A stretch of 64,000 bases of DNA from contig NZ_KB904735.1 of the NCBI RefSeq assembly GCF_000380165.1, positions 116,721 to 180,720 on the forward strand. Direction: 5' to 3'. Source of the DNA: Wenjunlia vitaminophila DSM 41686. Lineage in GTDB: Bacteria; Actinomycetota; Actinomycetes; Streptomycetales; Streptomycetaceae. The stretch's first letter is position 1, and every line of letters begins with the position of its first letter. The notes beneath the pieces were generated by a model. That model ran no database searches and was not told where the DNA came from. It was given only the letters and a program-made list of their open reading frames with translations. Below are positions 52,028 through 62,519 of this stretch, one piece after another. A program made the position numbers and the translations under genes.

Positions 52028-53022
52028 CGTGGGCCCCCGGCCCGACCGGCGAGGTCGCACAGCACCCGGACGGCCAGGTGCCGGGTGAGCGGCACCTTGA
52101 ACGCGTTGTCCCGCAGGGGTTCGGCGACGGAGAGTTCGGCCTCCACCGCCCGGGTGAACGCCTCGGGGGTGGCCGGCGCCCCGCGCAGCCGTTCCTCGGC
52201 GGCGCGGGCCCGCCAGGGCTTGGGCGCCACCCCGCCGAGCGCCAGCCGCACCCGGTGCACCAGCCCGTCCCGCACCTCGAGGGCCGCGCCCACCGAGGAC
52301 AGGGCGAACGCGAACGAGGCCCGGTCGCGGGCCTTGCGGTAGGCGGAGTTCACCGCCTCGGGGGCCGCAGGGAGCCGCACATGGGTGATCAGGTCACCGT
52401 GTTCCAGCACGGTGTCCCGTTCCGGCCGGTCGCCGGGGAGCCGGTGCAACTCGGTCAGCGGGATCTCCCGCGGGCCCGTCCCTCCCTCCACCAGCACCTG
52501 GGCGTCCAGGGCGGCCAGGGCCACGGCGAGGTCGGAGGGGTGGGTCGCCACGCAGTGCGGGGAGGCGCCGAGGATCGCGAGGTTGCGGTGGACCCCCTCG
52601 ATCGCGGGGCAGCCGGTGCCGGGGGCGCGCTTGTTGCACGGCTTGCCGGCGTCCTGGAAGTACAGGCAGCGGGTGCGTTGGAGTAGGTTGCCGCCGACGG
52701 TGGCCACGTTGCGCAACTGGTCCGAGGCCCCGGCGAGGAGCGCCTGGGACACCACCGGGTAGCGGGTGCGGACCAGCGGGTCGGCGGCCAGGTCGCTGTT
52801 GCGCACGGCGGCGCCGATCCGCACCCCGCCGCCGGGCAGTTCCTCGATGTCGTGGTGCGGCAGCCCGCTGACGTCCACCAGCAGGTCGGGGGTCTCCACT
52901 CCCAGCTTCATCAGGTCCACCAGATTGGTGCCCCCACCCAGATAACGGGCCCCAGGTGTGGCGTTGACCGCGGACACCGCCGCCTCGACCCCCTCGGGGC
53001 GCTGGTAGCGCAGCGTCCTCAT
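52024..53022 (-). CDS. xanthine dehydrogenase family FAD-binding (medium) subunit
   Basis: FAD_binding_5 pattern (YLGGGTNLVDLMK, CO-dehydrogenase flavoprotein C-terminal domain). Start at MRTLRYQRP. Overlaps the 2Fe-2S subunit stop. Confidence 0.8.
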   Translation of the reverse strand: MRTLRYQRPEGVEAAVSAVNATPGARYLGGGTNLVDLMKLGVETPDLLVDVSGLPHHDIEELPGGGVRIGAAVRNSDLAADPLVRTRYPVVSQALLAGASDQLRNVATVGGNLLQRTRCLYFQDAGKPCNKRAPGTGCPAIEGVHRNLAILGASPHCVATHPSDLAVALAALDAQVLVEGGTGPREIPLTELHRLPGDRPERDTVLEHGDLITHVRLPAAPEAVNSAYRKARDRASFAFALSSVGAALEVRDGLVHRVRLALGGVAPKPWRARAAEERLRGAPATPEAFTRAVEAELSVAEPLRDNAFKVPLTRHLAVRVLCDLAGRAGGPR

Positions 53023-53561
53023 GGCGTCCGCTCCCACCACTCCGCGGCCCGCTCGGCGGCGTCCCCCACCGCCCGCACGATGTTCGGGTAGGCGGCGCAG
53101 CGACACAGGTTCCCACTCATCCGTTCCCGGATCTCCGCGGCACCCGAGGGTGGTTCCGTGCCCACGGTGACCGCGCTGGGCCGGCCCTCGGCCATCTCCC
53201 GCAGCGCGCCCACGGCCGAACAGACCTGCCCCGGGGTGCAGTAACCGCACTGGAAGGCGTCCCGTGCCAGGAACGCCTCCTGCACCGGGTGCAGCGACCA
53301 GCCGTCGGACAGCCCCTCCACGGTGGTGATCTCCGACCCGTCGCAGGCCACGGTGAGCAGCAGGCAGCAGTTCACCCGCCGGCCGTCCACCAGCACGGTG
53401 CAGGAGCCGCACTGGCCGTGGTCGCAGCCCTTCTTGGCGCCGGTCAGGTCCAGGTCCTCGCGCAGCGTGTCGAGCAGGGTGCTGCGGTTGTCCAGGGTCA
53501 GCCGATGGACGGTGCCGTTCACCCGGAGGGTGACCGCCGACGTGAGGAGCCGAGAGTCCAT
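53019..53561 (-). CDS. (2Fe-2S)-binding small subunit of the xanthine dehydrogenase family enzyme
   Basis: Plant-type ferredoxin Cys set CDHGQCGSC...C and the second 2Fe-2S motif CGYCTPG...CRC. Confidence 0.85.
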   Translation of the reverse strand: MDSRLLTSAVTLRVNGTVHRLTLDNRSTLLDTLREDLDLTGAKKGCDHGQCGSCTVLVDGRRVNCCLLLTVACDGSEITTVEGLSDGWSLHPVQEAFLARDAFQCGYCTPGQVCSAVGALREMAEGRPSAVTVGTEPPSGAAEIRERMSGNLCRCAAYPNIVRAVGDAAERAAEWWERTP

Positions 53562-53712
53562 CGTTCGCCCCCTTCCGTTCCGGGCTCGTTTGCGGATAAC
53601 CGGCGGTCAGCCGGTTGAAACGTGGCCCTGCGCCGAATGCCCCGCCCGAGGGACCGGCCTCCGGACGCCCACGCGCCCGGAGGCCCGGACGGCGCTACGT
53701 GTCGGACAGCCG

Positions 53713-54807
53713 CTAGCGGCAGGAGCGGTGGACTCGTTCCGCGGCCGGCTCCGGCCGCTGGTCGTGGGCCCAGGTCCCCAGGGACATCTCCGCGGTGATC
53801 CCGGGCCCGAACCCGGCGATCATGCCGCGGTCACCGGGCCGCAGACCCCCCTCGGCGCAGCAGCGGGCCAGGGCGTCGAGGACGACGGCGCTGGCGATGT
53901 TCCCGTACTCGGTGAGCGTGGCCCGGCTGTGCCGGAACATCTCGGGTGACACCCCCAGGAAGCGGCTGAGGTCGTCCAGGATTCGCGGTCCTCCGGCGTG
54001 GATGACGTAGAAGTCCAGTGTGGAGGCGTCCCAGTGGAGTCGCCCGGCCAGCTCGGCCAGGACCGGGGCCAACGGCTCCATGGTCCGCGGGACGCGCTTG
54101 TCCAGCAGGAAGTGGAAGCCGGTGTCGCGGACCGCGTAGGAGATCCAGTCCACGGTGTCAGGGATCAGGTACGAGCCGTTGTGCTCCAGGCTGACCCCGG
54201 TCCCGCCGTGGCCGCGGACCACCGCCGCGGCCACGGCGTCACCGAACAGTCCGTTGGACAGGAGCGAGCCGACGCCCAGGTCGGTCGGCTGGTAGCACAG
54301 GGAGCAGAACTCGCAGGCGACGATCAGCGCGTTGGCCCGCGGGTAGGCCGTGCAGAAGTCGTGGGCCCGGTTGATGGCCGCTCCTCCCGCGGCGCAGCCG
54401 AGCTGGGCGATGGGGATCTGGCGGGTGTCGCTGCGGAAGCCCATGGTGTTGATCAACCAGGCGGTCAGCGACGGCATCGTGAAGCCGGTGCAGGAGACGT
54501 AGACGATCAGGTCGATGTCGGTGGGCTCCAGCTCCGCGTTGGCCAACGCGGAGCGGGTCACCTCGGGGACCCTGGCTCTGGCCTCGCGCTGGTAGACCTC
54601 GTTGCGTGCGGTGAACCCGGGGTGGCGCAACGTCTGTGCGATGGGTCGGATGAGGTGGCGCTTGCGCACCCCGGTGTTGCCGATCAGCCGGAGGACCAAC
54701 TCGAGCTGGGGATGGTCCGGGTGCAGGCGTCGGGCGAGGTCCAGGGTCTCCTCCATCGTGATGGTGTGTTCCGGCACGGCGATGGCGGGACGGCAAAGGA
54801 CGGCCAT
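53713..54807 (-). CDS. rppA: type III polyketide synthase, 1,3,6,8-tetrahydroxynaphthalene synthase-like
   Basis: Very close in pattern to S. griseus RppA (MAxLCRPxxxVPEHxITMEETLxLARRxH, catalytic Cys in YVSCTGFxMPSL, HAGGPRILDD, GFGPGITAEM). Confidence 0.85.
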   Translation of the reverse strand: MAVLCRPAIAVPEHTITMEETLDLARRLHPDHPQLELVLRLIGNTGVRKRHLIRPIAQTLRHPGFTARNEVYQREARARVPEVTRSALANAELEPTDIDLIVYVSCTGFTMPSLTAWLINTMGFRSDTRQIPIAQLGCAAGGAAINRAHDFCTAYPRANALIVACEFCSLCYQPTDLGVGSLLSNGLFGDAVAAAVVRGHGGTGVSLEHNGSYLIPDTVDWISYAVRDTGFHFLLDKRVPRTMEPLAPVLAELAGRLHWDASTLDFYVIHAGGPRILDDLSRFLGVSPEMFRHSRATLTEYGNIASAVVLDALARCCAEGGLRPGDRGMIAGFGPGITAEMSLGTWAHDQRPEPAAERVHRSCR

Positions 54808-55086
54808 GGGACGCTCCCTGGAGAACGGTGGAGCCGCCCCCGCCGGACGACCGGCAGGGGCGGCACCGCGGGGCACTCGGACTGCGATTCCGCGGTGCGG
54901 TTTCCTCCGATTTTCTCCTCACTGGCCAGAAAAACCCTATATAACCACTAAAGGTGACATCTGCTGACCTTTACCGCGGAACGGGAGACACGGGAGTGCC
55001 GAGCGGCGGCACCGGGTGGCCCCTGGACCGGGGGATGGTGACACGGGTGGTGCTCGAGGGCGACGGGCGGCGACGGAGGAGGAGCG

Positions 55087-57009
55087 TCAGGTGACCTGGA
55101 TCCAGGCGGCCTCGGAGGGTGTCCCGGCCCTGTCCACGGCGAACAGCATGTACCAGCCGCGGGGCACCAGGGAGGGGTCCGCGGGGACGGTCACCCGGGC
55201 CCCCTTCCTGGTCCGCACGAAGTCCAGTTCGACGGAGCGCTGCTCCACGTCGGTGGTGTGGGTCACCGCGGAGGGCCGCACCAGGCGGAACCGGTCCAGG
55301 CCGCGGGTCCCGGTGACGCCGAACTCCGCGGAGCCGCCACGCCGTACCCGCTCCGGGCCCCCGGAGATCACCGGGCGGCGGTCACGGTGGAGGTAGGGCG
55401 GGGAGTACACCTCGATGCGCTGCTCGAAGGTTCCCGGCTCACTGTTCCGACTGTCGCCGAACAGGGGGTCGGAGCCGAACGTGGCGACCCGTCCGTCGGG
55501 CAGCAGGAGAGCCGCGGAGTGGTGGTTCCGCCCCACGGTGGGGTCGGCCGCGGGAACGAAGGTGTTGGTCCTGGGGTCGTAGAACTGCGCCTTGTGCAGG
55601 TCGGAGCCGTTCCGGCCGCGGTACCGCACCGAGCCGCCGGTGGTCAGTACCCGGTCGTCCGGCAGGATCACCGACGACAGGTAGCGCACCCCGGGCAGCG
55701 GCAGGTCGGGCCCGTCGACGAACCGGGGGTGGCGGGCCCGCAGGTCCGCCACCGCGGTCCGGGCGGTGGCCCGGTCGGACTCCCCGACGCCACCGCCGCC
55801 GAGCAGCATCACCTTCTGGTCCTGAGCGGGGGGCAGCAGGACCGAGGCGGAGGTCTCGGTGAGCCGGGGAGCGGCCAGGCCCGGCACCGGCGTGAAGCGG
55901 TTGTGCCTTAGGTCCCAGACCCCGGGGGTGCGCCCCTCGGTGGTCGATCCGTAACCGGAGTTGGCGCCGGAGTAGAACAGTTTCCCGCCCCGGATGAGGA
56001 AGAGGGCCGGATAAGTGGGGAAGCTCCGGTCGGGAGCCGCCGACCACCGGCGGGTGGCGGGGTCGTAGGTCTCGTTGTGGCCGGCGACGAGCTGGCCCGC
56101 GTCGTTGAGCCCCGAGGTGGCGAGCACCCGGCCGTCGCGCAGCGGCACCAGGGTGGGGTTCCAGCGGGCCTCGGACATCGGGCGCACCGGCACGTACCGC
56201 TCGGCCACCGGGTCGAACTCGTAGGCCGACCTGAGGCCCTGGTACTCCTGCTTGGCCATGGTGATCCGCCCGCCGAGCCCCTCGACGCTCCCGTCGGCCC
56301 CGCCCCCGGGGCCGACGACGCGGTACCTGGCGGGCGCGCCGACGGCCTGGCCCCGGCCCGCGCGCACCGCCTCCACGAAGGTGCGTCCCTCGCCGGGGGA
56401 CACCGCCGTCCGGCCCCGGCGGTGCTGCTCGGTCGCGGCGGGCACGGTGAAGGCGCGCACCGAGCGGTAGCGGCGTCCGTCCCCGCCGACGAAGACGGTG
56501 CCCCTGCGGAACGTGCGGGCCCGGTCCGGATCGTCGTTCCGCACCAGCATGGGGCCGGCGGCGCGCCGGACGTCCCCGCCGGGGACCTCGTAGCGGGCGG
56601 TGCCGCCGGCCACCAGCAGCCTCCCGTTGGGGAGTTGGGCGTGGCCGGAACCGAAAAGGTCCTGGGGGGTGGGGACGAACCTGAACGAGTCGTTCGACGG
56701 GTCCCACAACAGCGTGGTGAACCCGCCCGCGTCGAACTGTTCCCTGCGGCTGCCGGAGCCGGCGATGAGCAGCACCTTCCCGGTGTGCAGCAGCGCGGCG
56801 TGGACGGTGTTGGACCGGTACCTCTCCGGCACCTCGACCACGTCCCAGTGGCCCTTGGCCGCTCGGTAGTCGGGCTGGTCGATCCGGTACTCGTGGTACC
56901 TGTAGGTGAGGAAGTCGGCGGCCGCGGGGGCGTTCAGGGTGGCCACCGCGGCCAGGGCGGTGGCACCGAGCGCGGTCTTACGGAACCTTGGGCTGCGGCG
57001 GTACTTCAA
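55087..57009 (-). CDS. glxA: copper radical oxidase, glyoxal/galactose oxidase-like (GlxA-like), secreted
   Basis: Signal peptide, kelch-repeat beta-propeller, C-terminal DUF1929/E-set domain. Sits downstream of and overlapping a cslA-like gene, as in the Streptomyces cslA-glxA operon. Confidence 0.8.
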   Translation of the reverse strand: MKYRRSPRFRKTALGATALAAVATLNAPAAADFLTYRYHEYRIDQPDYRAAKGHWDVVEVPERYRSNTVHAALLHTGKVLLIAGSGSRREQFDAGGFTTLLWDPSNDSFRFVPTPQDLFGSGHAQLPNGRLLVAGGTARYEVPGGDVRRAAGPMLVRNDDPDRARTFRRGTVFVGGDGRRYRSVRAFTVPAATEQHRRGRTAVSPGEGRTFVEAVRAGRGQAVGAPARYRVVGPGGGADGSVEGLGGRITMAKQEYQGLRSAYEFDPVAERYVPVRPMSEARWNPTLVPLRDGRVLATSGLNDAGQLVAGHNETYDPATRRWSAAPDRSFPTYPALFLIRGGKLFYSGANSGYGSTTEGRTPGVWDLRHNRFTPVPGLAAPRLTETSASVLLPPAQDQKVMLLGGGGVGESDRATARTAVADLRARHPRFVDGPDLPLPGVRYLSSVILPDDRVLTTGGSVRYRGRNGSDLHKAQFYDPRTNTFVPAADPTVGRNHHSAALLLPDGRVATFGSDPLFGDSRNSEPGTFEQRIEVYSPPYLHRDRRPVISGGPERVRRGGSAEFGVTGTRGLDRFRLVRPSAVTHTTDVEQRSVELDFVRTRKGARVTVPADPSLVPRGWYMLFAVDRAGTPSEAAWIQVT

Positions 57010-58843
57010 GGATGCGTTCTCCCTGGCGGATCAGTGACGGGGCGGCGGGGGACCGGTCGCCGCGGCGCCGGTCGGCGAGCAGCGAGCCCCACCACAGGAA
57101 CAGCGGGACGAGGGTGATCACCAGGGCGAGTCCGGCCCAGGTGAGCATGGCGGCGTGGGTGTGGTCGAGGACGAACGCGGCGGTGATCGCGGAGCTGAAC
57201 ACCACGGTCCAGAACAGGTGGATCCGGAACGTGGACAGTCGGTCCGGGCTGGCCGAGTCCCCCTTGGGGGTGACCACGAAGCGGCTGGGGCGGCGGAGCA
57301 GGGCGGCGCTCAACGACTTGGCGTAGATCGGCGCGGACAGGGCGGACATCACCATGCCGGCCGCTCCCGTGGAGCCCTGGGGTTCGTGCGGGCTGACGTT
57401 GTACCTGCGGTTCCACATGTACAGCCCGATCTGGAGGGCCGCCGCGTCGCCGTAGAGCATCATCCAGATCTCCGAGGGGATGTGCACCCCGGAAGCGCCC
57501 AGACCCAGGAACAGCACGCAGGACAGGCCGCCGAGCAGCCAGTTCAGGGCGGACATCGGGTAGTAGACGACCAGCAGCGAGTAGTTGAGCAGCTTGCCGG
57601 GCGGCAGGGTGAGGGCCGCGCGCCAGAACTGCCACAGCAACGTCTCGAAGGTGCCCCGGCTCCACCGCAGTTGCTGGGTGAAGAAGTCGGTCCAGGCCGA
57701 GGGGCCCTCCCCGACGGCGAGGACGTCCGGGGTGTAGACGGAGCGCCAGTGGCGGCCGGTGGCCGGGTTGCGGTGGCGGTGGATCTCGATGCCCGTGGCC
57801 ATGTCCTCGGTGATGGAGTCGTAGAGGCCACCCACGTCCTTCAGGGCGCGCACCCGCACGCAGTTGTTGGTGCCGACGAACATCGCGCCGCCGTAGGCGT
57901 TGCCGGCCCGCTGGATCAGCCCGTGGAACAGGAACTGCTGGCTCTCCGCGCCCTTGGTGACGGCCCGGTCGTAGTTCCCGTACACCTGTGGCCCGACCAC
58001 GAAGGCCACGTCCGGGTCGCGGAAGTAACCCAGCATCCGCTCCAGGTACTCCGGCAGTGGAACGTGGTCGGTGTCCACACAGGCGATGAACTCGTAGTCG
58101 TCACCGTGCGCGTCCAGCCAGGAGTTGTAGTTGCCGTGCTTGGTCCGCGCGCGGAACCGGCCCGCGGGCTGGTTCCACTTGGCCACCCCCTTGCGGGTGA
58201 AGTGGTGCACCCCGAGCCTGGCGCAGAGCTTCTTGGCCTCCGGGTCGTCACCCTCGTCCAACAGCCAGACGTCCAACGGGCCGCGGTGCCGGATCCTGAC
58301 CGCTCCCTCGAGGGTGGCCCGGAGCATCTCGATGGGCTCCTTCCCGGGCACGAACGAGGTGAGGAAGGCCACTCTGGTGCCGGTCTTGGGGACCACGGGA
58401 ACGGGGTCGCGGGCCATCAGGGTGGCGTGCGCGTTGGAGATCACATTGATGAGACGAAACGTTTCGATCAGACCGATCGACACGAGCATCACGTAGTCGC
58501 AGCAGACCATCCAGGTCGGGGCGTACTCCCGGTGCACCCAGTGTCCGGGCAACATCAACCACACCAGCAGGAGCAGGGAGAACACCGGCGCCGCGACCAA
58601 CAGCACCACCGCGCGGACGCCGTGCCGCCGACGGGACAGCAGCCGCCGGTGACGGACCCGGTAAGGAACGTCCGGATCGGGTTCGGTCAGCGGACCGGCG
58701 AGCCTGGCGTAACGCTCGTAGTCGTAGGCCGGCCCCGAGGTGGACGCGGGTGCCGGCTCCTGGCGGTGCTTGCCCGCCAGGCGAACAAGGCCTCCTCGGT
58801 CCTCCTCCGCCTGGTGCTTGACGCTGTTCGGTGAGGTTGCCAC
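56978..58843 (-). CDS. cslA: cellulose-synthase-like family-2 glycosyltransferase (CslA-like), membrane bound
   Basis: GT2 motifs (DxD region DTDHV, QxxRW as QQLRWSRG) with N- and C-terminal TM helices. Confidence 0.8.
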   Translation of the reverse strand: MATSPNSVKHQAEEDRGGLVRLAGKHRQEPAPASTSGPAYDYERYARLAGPLTEPDPDVPYRVRHRRLLSRRRHGVRAVVLLVAAPVFSLLLLVWLMLPGHWVHREYAPTWMVCCDYVMLVSIGLIETFRLINVISNAHATLMARDPVPVVPKTGTRVAFLTSFVPGKEPIEMLRATLEGAVRIRHRGPLDVWLLDEGDDPEAKKLCARLGVHHFTRKGVAKWNQPAGRFRARTKHGNYNSWLDAHGDDYEFIACVDTDHVPLPEYLERMLGYFRDPDVAFVVGPQVYGNYDRAVTKGAESQQFLFHGLIQRAGNAYGGAMFVGTNNCVRVRALKDVGGLYDSITEDMATGIEIHRHRNPATGRHWRSVYTPDVLAVGEGPSAWTDFFTQQLRWSRGTFETLLWQFWRAALTLPPGKLLNYSLLVVYYPMSALNWLLGGLSCVLFLGLGASGVHIPSEIWMMLYGDAAALQIGLYMWNRRYNVSPHEPQGSTGAAGMVMSALSAPIYAKSLSAALLRRPSRFVVTPKGDSASPDRLSTFRIHLFWTVVFSSAITAAFVLDHTHAAMLTWAGLALVITLVPLFLWWGSLLADRRRGDRSPAAPSLIRQGERILEVPPQPKVP

Positions 58844-58916
58844 AGGGCCTCCGCAGCCAACGGAAACGTACAGTCAGTCGAGCTCTCGGCGACCCATCTG
58901 AAGGAGAATGAGAAGG

Positions 58917-58929
58917 TCACGTAGCGTGA
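58917..58929. promoter_or_regulatory. TCAC-N5-GTGA palindrome (BldD-box-like) in the AT-rich cslA upstream region
   Basis: TCACgtagcGTGA lies 75-87 nt upstream of the cslA start and fits the loose TNAC-N5-GTNA pattern. Inference only. Confidence 0.2.
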
Positions 58930-59163
58930 AATGTCGCATTTGCCCGATTGGTAGGTAAAACTAGCAGAGCGGGCAATTGAACTGACGGTCCAACTGCCGG
59001 CGTGGCGTGCCGCCGAACTCCGGCACCGGACCGGCCCGACGGGCGGCACGGGTGCTCGGGTCCGGCGCGAAGTGGGTGCCCGCCCGCGGTCACTGCCGGG
59101 TCGCGGGTGCCGCCGCGACGACCGGGCCCCGGTCCTGGGGACCGGGGGCCACCGCACGGGGGT

Positions 59164-59421
59164 TCAGCGGTGCAGTGCCGGGCCCTGGCCGAACAGTGCG
59201 GCGGCTCCGGAGCCGTGCGCGCCCCCGACGTTTCCGAGAACCGGTCCCAGCAGGGCGGAGCCGTCGGCCGCGAACCGTGCGGAGCGGCCGGGGAACAGAC
59301 CAGGGGTGGAGCCGGCTACCGCGGCGTCGGCGTCGGTGGCCGCCAGGGTTGGCGCGGCCGCACCGGCGAGGACGAGGCCGGTCGTGGTGGTCACGAAGGC
59401 GGCCTTGGCAAAGCGCGACAT
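59164..59421 (-). CDS. small secreted Gly/Ala-rich protein (85 aa)
   Basis: Signal peptide MSRFAKAAFVTTTTGLVLAGAAAPTLA. GAGAGGA SD. Not a chaplin or rodlin by motif. Confidence 0.45.
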   Translation of the reverse strand: MSRFAKAAFVTTTTGLVLAGAAAPTLAATDADAAVAGSTPGLFPGRSARFAADGSALLGPVLGNVGGAHGSGAAALFGQGPALHR

Positions 59422-59652
59422 GGTGTCGGATCCTCTCGGAACGGTGGTCGGGCCCCAGGGCCCCCCTCCGACCCGTCAGCGGGTGGAGGCACTGACCAAC
59501 GCGTCCGACGCCGGAGGGTTTCGGAGACCACGGCTGGACGGGTGAATCCCCCTGCGGTGGCCGTCCTCAGGCAGGCCCCAGTGCGCCGCTGCACCGGGAC
59601 GGCCCTGGTCAGGCCGGGTCGGCCAACGGGGAACCGCCCGCCGGGCCGCGGT

Positions 59653-60897
59653 TCAGCGGGCCAGCGACGCGACCGCCCGGGCCACCTCGCCGGCCCCGTC
59701 CTCCCCGGCCAGGAGGGTCGCCACGGCGCGGGCACGGCGCTGGTGCGCGGGGTCGTTGACCGCCCGGGAGACCAGGGACACCAGCCGGGGCGCGGAGAAG
59801 CGCGGGTACGGCAGGACGTCGGGCCCCACCCCGAGCCGCACCAACCGCGACGCCCACCAGGGCTGGTCGGCCAGGACGGGAACGGGGACCACCGGGACCC
59901 CGGCCCGCAGACCGGCCCCGGTGGTCCCCGCCCCGGCGTGGTGCACCAGCGCCGCCATCTGCGGGAACAGCCAGTGGTGCGGGACGTCCCCCACGGTCAG
60001 CACGTCGTCGTTGACCACCCGAAGGCCCGCACGCCCCTGCTGCACCACCCCGCGCATCCCGGCCCGGCGCAGCGCGGTGGCGGCGGTCCGGCTCACCTCC
60101 TCGGGATCGCGGGGGAGCACGCTGCCGAAGCCGACGAACACCGGGGCGGGGCCGGCCTGGAGGAAGTCGACGAGCAGGGGGTCCGGCCGCCACCGGGGGC
60201 ACTCGTGCGGCCACCAGTACCCGGCCACCCGAAGGCCCGGGTGCCAGTCCGGTGGACGGGGCACGACGCTCGGGCTGTAGCCGTGCCACACCGGCCACCG
60301 GGTGCGGCTGCGGGTGCGGCGCAGCGCGCGGGTGCCGCGGCGGGGCAGTCCGAGCAGGGCGTGCAGCCGGCGGTTGGCCGCGGCGTACAGGCCGTCCCAC
60401 ACGGTGTTCACCACGCGGCCGGCGAGGCGGTTCGCGGGTCCGCAGGGACCCCGGTGCAGTGCGTACGGCGGGAACGCGGCCGTGGGCTCCTCGGGACGGA
60501 GGAACACCCCCATGCTGGGGATGCCGTGGTACTCCGCCACCACCGCCCCGATCGGTGCCGTGAGCGCGGAGAGCAGCAGCAGTTCCGTCTTGTCGTGCAC
60601 CGCGGTGACGATCCCGTCCACCAGGGCGACCGCCGCCCGCTGGGTGGCCCGGGCCAGTGCGTAGGCAGCACCGGGGGAGCGCGGGGCGCGGCGGGCCCGG
60701 AGGTGGGTCCGCAACCACCGGTCGAACGGGTCCGCGGACAGGCCGCGGATGCCCATGCCGCAGCAGGTGACCGCGTCGCCGAACCCGGCGTGCGTGACGA
60801 CCTCCACCTCGTGGCCCTCGGCGCGCAGGCGGTGCCCGAGCCCGGTGTACGGGGCGACGGAGCCGAACGTGCCCGCGGTGATGATCTGGATGTGCAT
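59653..60897 (-). CDS. GT1-family UDP-glycosyltransferase (macrolide or antibiotic glycosyltransferase-like)
   Basis: N-terminus MHIQIITAGTFGSVAPY and the C-terminal UDP-sugar PSPG-like block (HHAGAGTTGAGLRAGVPVVPVPVLADQPWWA). Confidence 0.8.
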   Translation of the reverse strand: MHIQIITAGTFGSVAPYTGLGHRLRAEGHEVEVVTHAGFGDAVTCCGMGIRGLSADPFDRWLRTHLRARRAPRSPGAAYALARATQRAAVALVDGIVTAVHDKTELLLLSALTAPIGAVVAEYHGIPSMGVFLRPEEPTAAFPPYALHRGPCGPANRLAGRVVNTVWDGLYAAANRRLHALLGLPRRGTRALRRTRSRTRWPVWHGYSPSVVPRPPDWHPGLRVAGYWWPHECPRWRPDPLLVDFLQAGPAPVFVGFGSVLPRDPEEVSRTAATALRRAGMRGVVQQGRAGLRVVNDDVLTVGDVPHHWLFPQMAALVHHAGAGTTGAGLRAGVPVVPVPVLADQPWWASRLVRLGVGPDVLPYPRFSAPRLVSLVSRAVNDPAHQRRARAVATLLAGEDGAGEVARAVASLAR

Positions 60898-61115
60898 GCC
60901 GGGCCTCCACTGGTCTCGACCCGGTCCGGCCGCCCCGGGGAGCACCCGACGCGTCGAGTCGGTGGGACGCGCCGCTCCCGCCGGTTCGGGCGCCCGGCCG
61001 GGCCCTGGTCAACGCCGGGGCACCGAGATGGTTGCGCCAGCGGCGCGCCGCGGACCCTAACGGGTGGAGGCCGTCCCCCGGTCCGCCCTGGCGCGGACCG
61101 GGGGAAGCGGGAGCG

Positions 61116-62378
61116 CTACAGCGCGGCGTCGAGCGCCGCCGACCACACCCCGAGTGCCTCGTCCACCTGCTCGGCGGTGACCACGAGCGGCGGGATCATG
61201 CGCACCACGTTGCCCATGGGACCGCAGGTGAGCAGCAGCAGCCCGCGGGAGACCGCCTCCTGCTGCACCCGTCCGGCCGCGGCCTGGTCCGGGCGGCCGT
61301 CCGCGTCGACGAACTCCGAGGCCACCATCAGGCCGAGCCCCCGGACGTCACCGATCTCCAGGCGGCCGGCCGCGGCCTCGCGGAGCCCGGCGATCAGCCT
61401 CGCCCCCTGCTCCGCGGCGTTGTCCACCAGTTTCTCCTCGCGGATCACGTCCAGGGTGGCGATCGCCGCCGCACAGGCCACCGCGTTGCCCCCGTAGGTG
61501 CCGCCCTGGGAACCCGGCCACGCCTTCTCCATCACCGACCGGGGCGCGGCGATGGCCGACAGGGGGAAGCCGCTGGCCAGCCCCTTGGCGCTGATGAGGA
61601 TGTCGGGGAGCACCCGGTCGTCGCCGGTGAAGTGCTGGTGGCCCCAGAACCGCCCGGTTCGGCCCACGCCGGTCTGCACCTCGTCCACGATGAGCAGCGC
61701 CCCGTGCCGGTCGGCGCGTTCCCTGAGGCCCGCGAGGAAACGTTCGTTGGCGGGCACGTAACCGCCCTCGCCGAGCACCGGTTCGATCAGGAAGGCGGCG
61801 GTGTCGGCCGGCGCGCAGGCCGTGGCGAGCAGGTGGTCCAGCTCCCGCAGGGCGAAGTCGGTGGCGGTCTGCTCGTCCCAGCCGTAGTGGAAGGCGGCGG
61901 GGAACGGGGCGATGGACACCCCCGGCATCAGCGGCCCGAGCCCGGCGCGGAACTTCACCGACGAGGTGGTCAGCGCGGCGGCCCCCATGGTGCGTCCGTG
62001 GAACGACCCCTGGAAGACCACGATGTTCTGCCGGCCCGTGGCGTGCCGGGCCAGCCGGACCGCGGCCTCGACGGCCTCGCTGCCGGAGTTGGAGTAGAAG
62101 AGGGAGTCCAGCCCGTGCGGCAGCACCTCCCCGAGCCGTTCGGTGAGGGTCAGCAGCGGTCGGTGCAGCACCGTCGTGTACTGACCGTGGATCAGCGAGC
62201 CCGCCTGCTCCTGGGCGGCCCGCACGACCGCCGGGTGGCAGTGGCCGGTACTCGTCACGCCGATCCCCGCGGTGAAGTCCAGATACCTGCGCCCCTCCTC
62301 GTCGTACAGGTGGACGCCTTCTCCGCGCGCGGCCAGCACCGGGGTGGCCTGCTTGAGCATGGGGGAGAGCTCGGGCAT
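61116..62378 (-). CDS. gabT: 4-aminobutyrate aminotransferase (class-III PLP aminotransferase)
   Basis: SNSGSEAVEAA, DEVQTGVGRTG, PLP-Lys in SAKGLASG. Confidence 0.85.
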   Translation of the reverse strand: MPELSPMLKQATPVLAARGEGVHLYDEEGRRYLDFTAGIGVTSTGHCHPAVVRAAQEQAGSLIHGQYTTVLHRPLLTLTERLGEVLPHGLDSLFYSNSGSEAVEAAVRLARHATGRQNIVVFQGSFHGRTMGAAALTTSSVKFRAGLGPLMPGVSIAPFPAAFHYGWDEQTATDFALRELDHLLATACAPADTAAFLIEPVLGEGGYVPANERFLAGLRERADRHGALLIVDEVQTGVGRTGRFWGHQHFTGDDRVLPDILISAKGLASGFPLSAIAAPRSVMEKAWPGSQGGTYGGNAVACAAAIATLDVIREEKLVDNAAEQGARLIAGLREAAAGRLEIGDVRGLGLMVASEFVDADGRPDQAAAGRVQQEAVSRGLLLLTCGPMGNVVRMIPPLVVTAEQVDEALGVWSAALDAAL

Positions 62379-62519
62379 GCCCGCTCCAACTTCGTAGGAT
62401 TGTCAACAACCTTCCGTCATGGAAGCATGGCTGCCGGCCAATGTCCATGAAAGGGGCCGTTCGACGCGCCCCGTACCCGCCGGCAGCGACCGGCGGGACG
62501 AGAGGGAGGCTGGGCGAAC

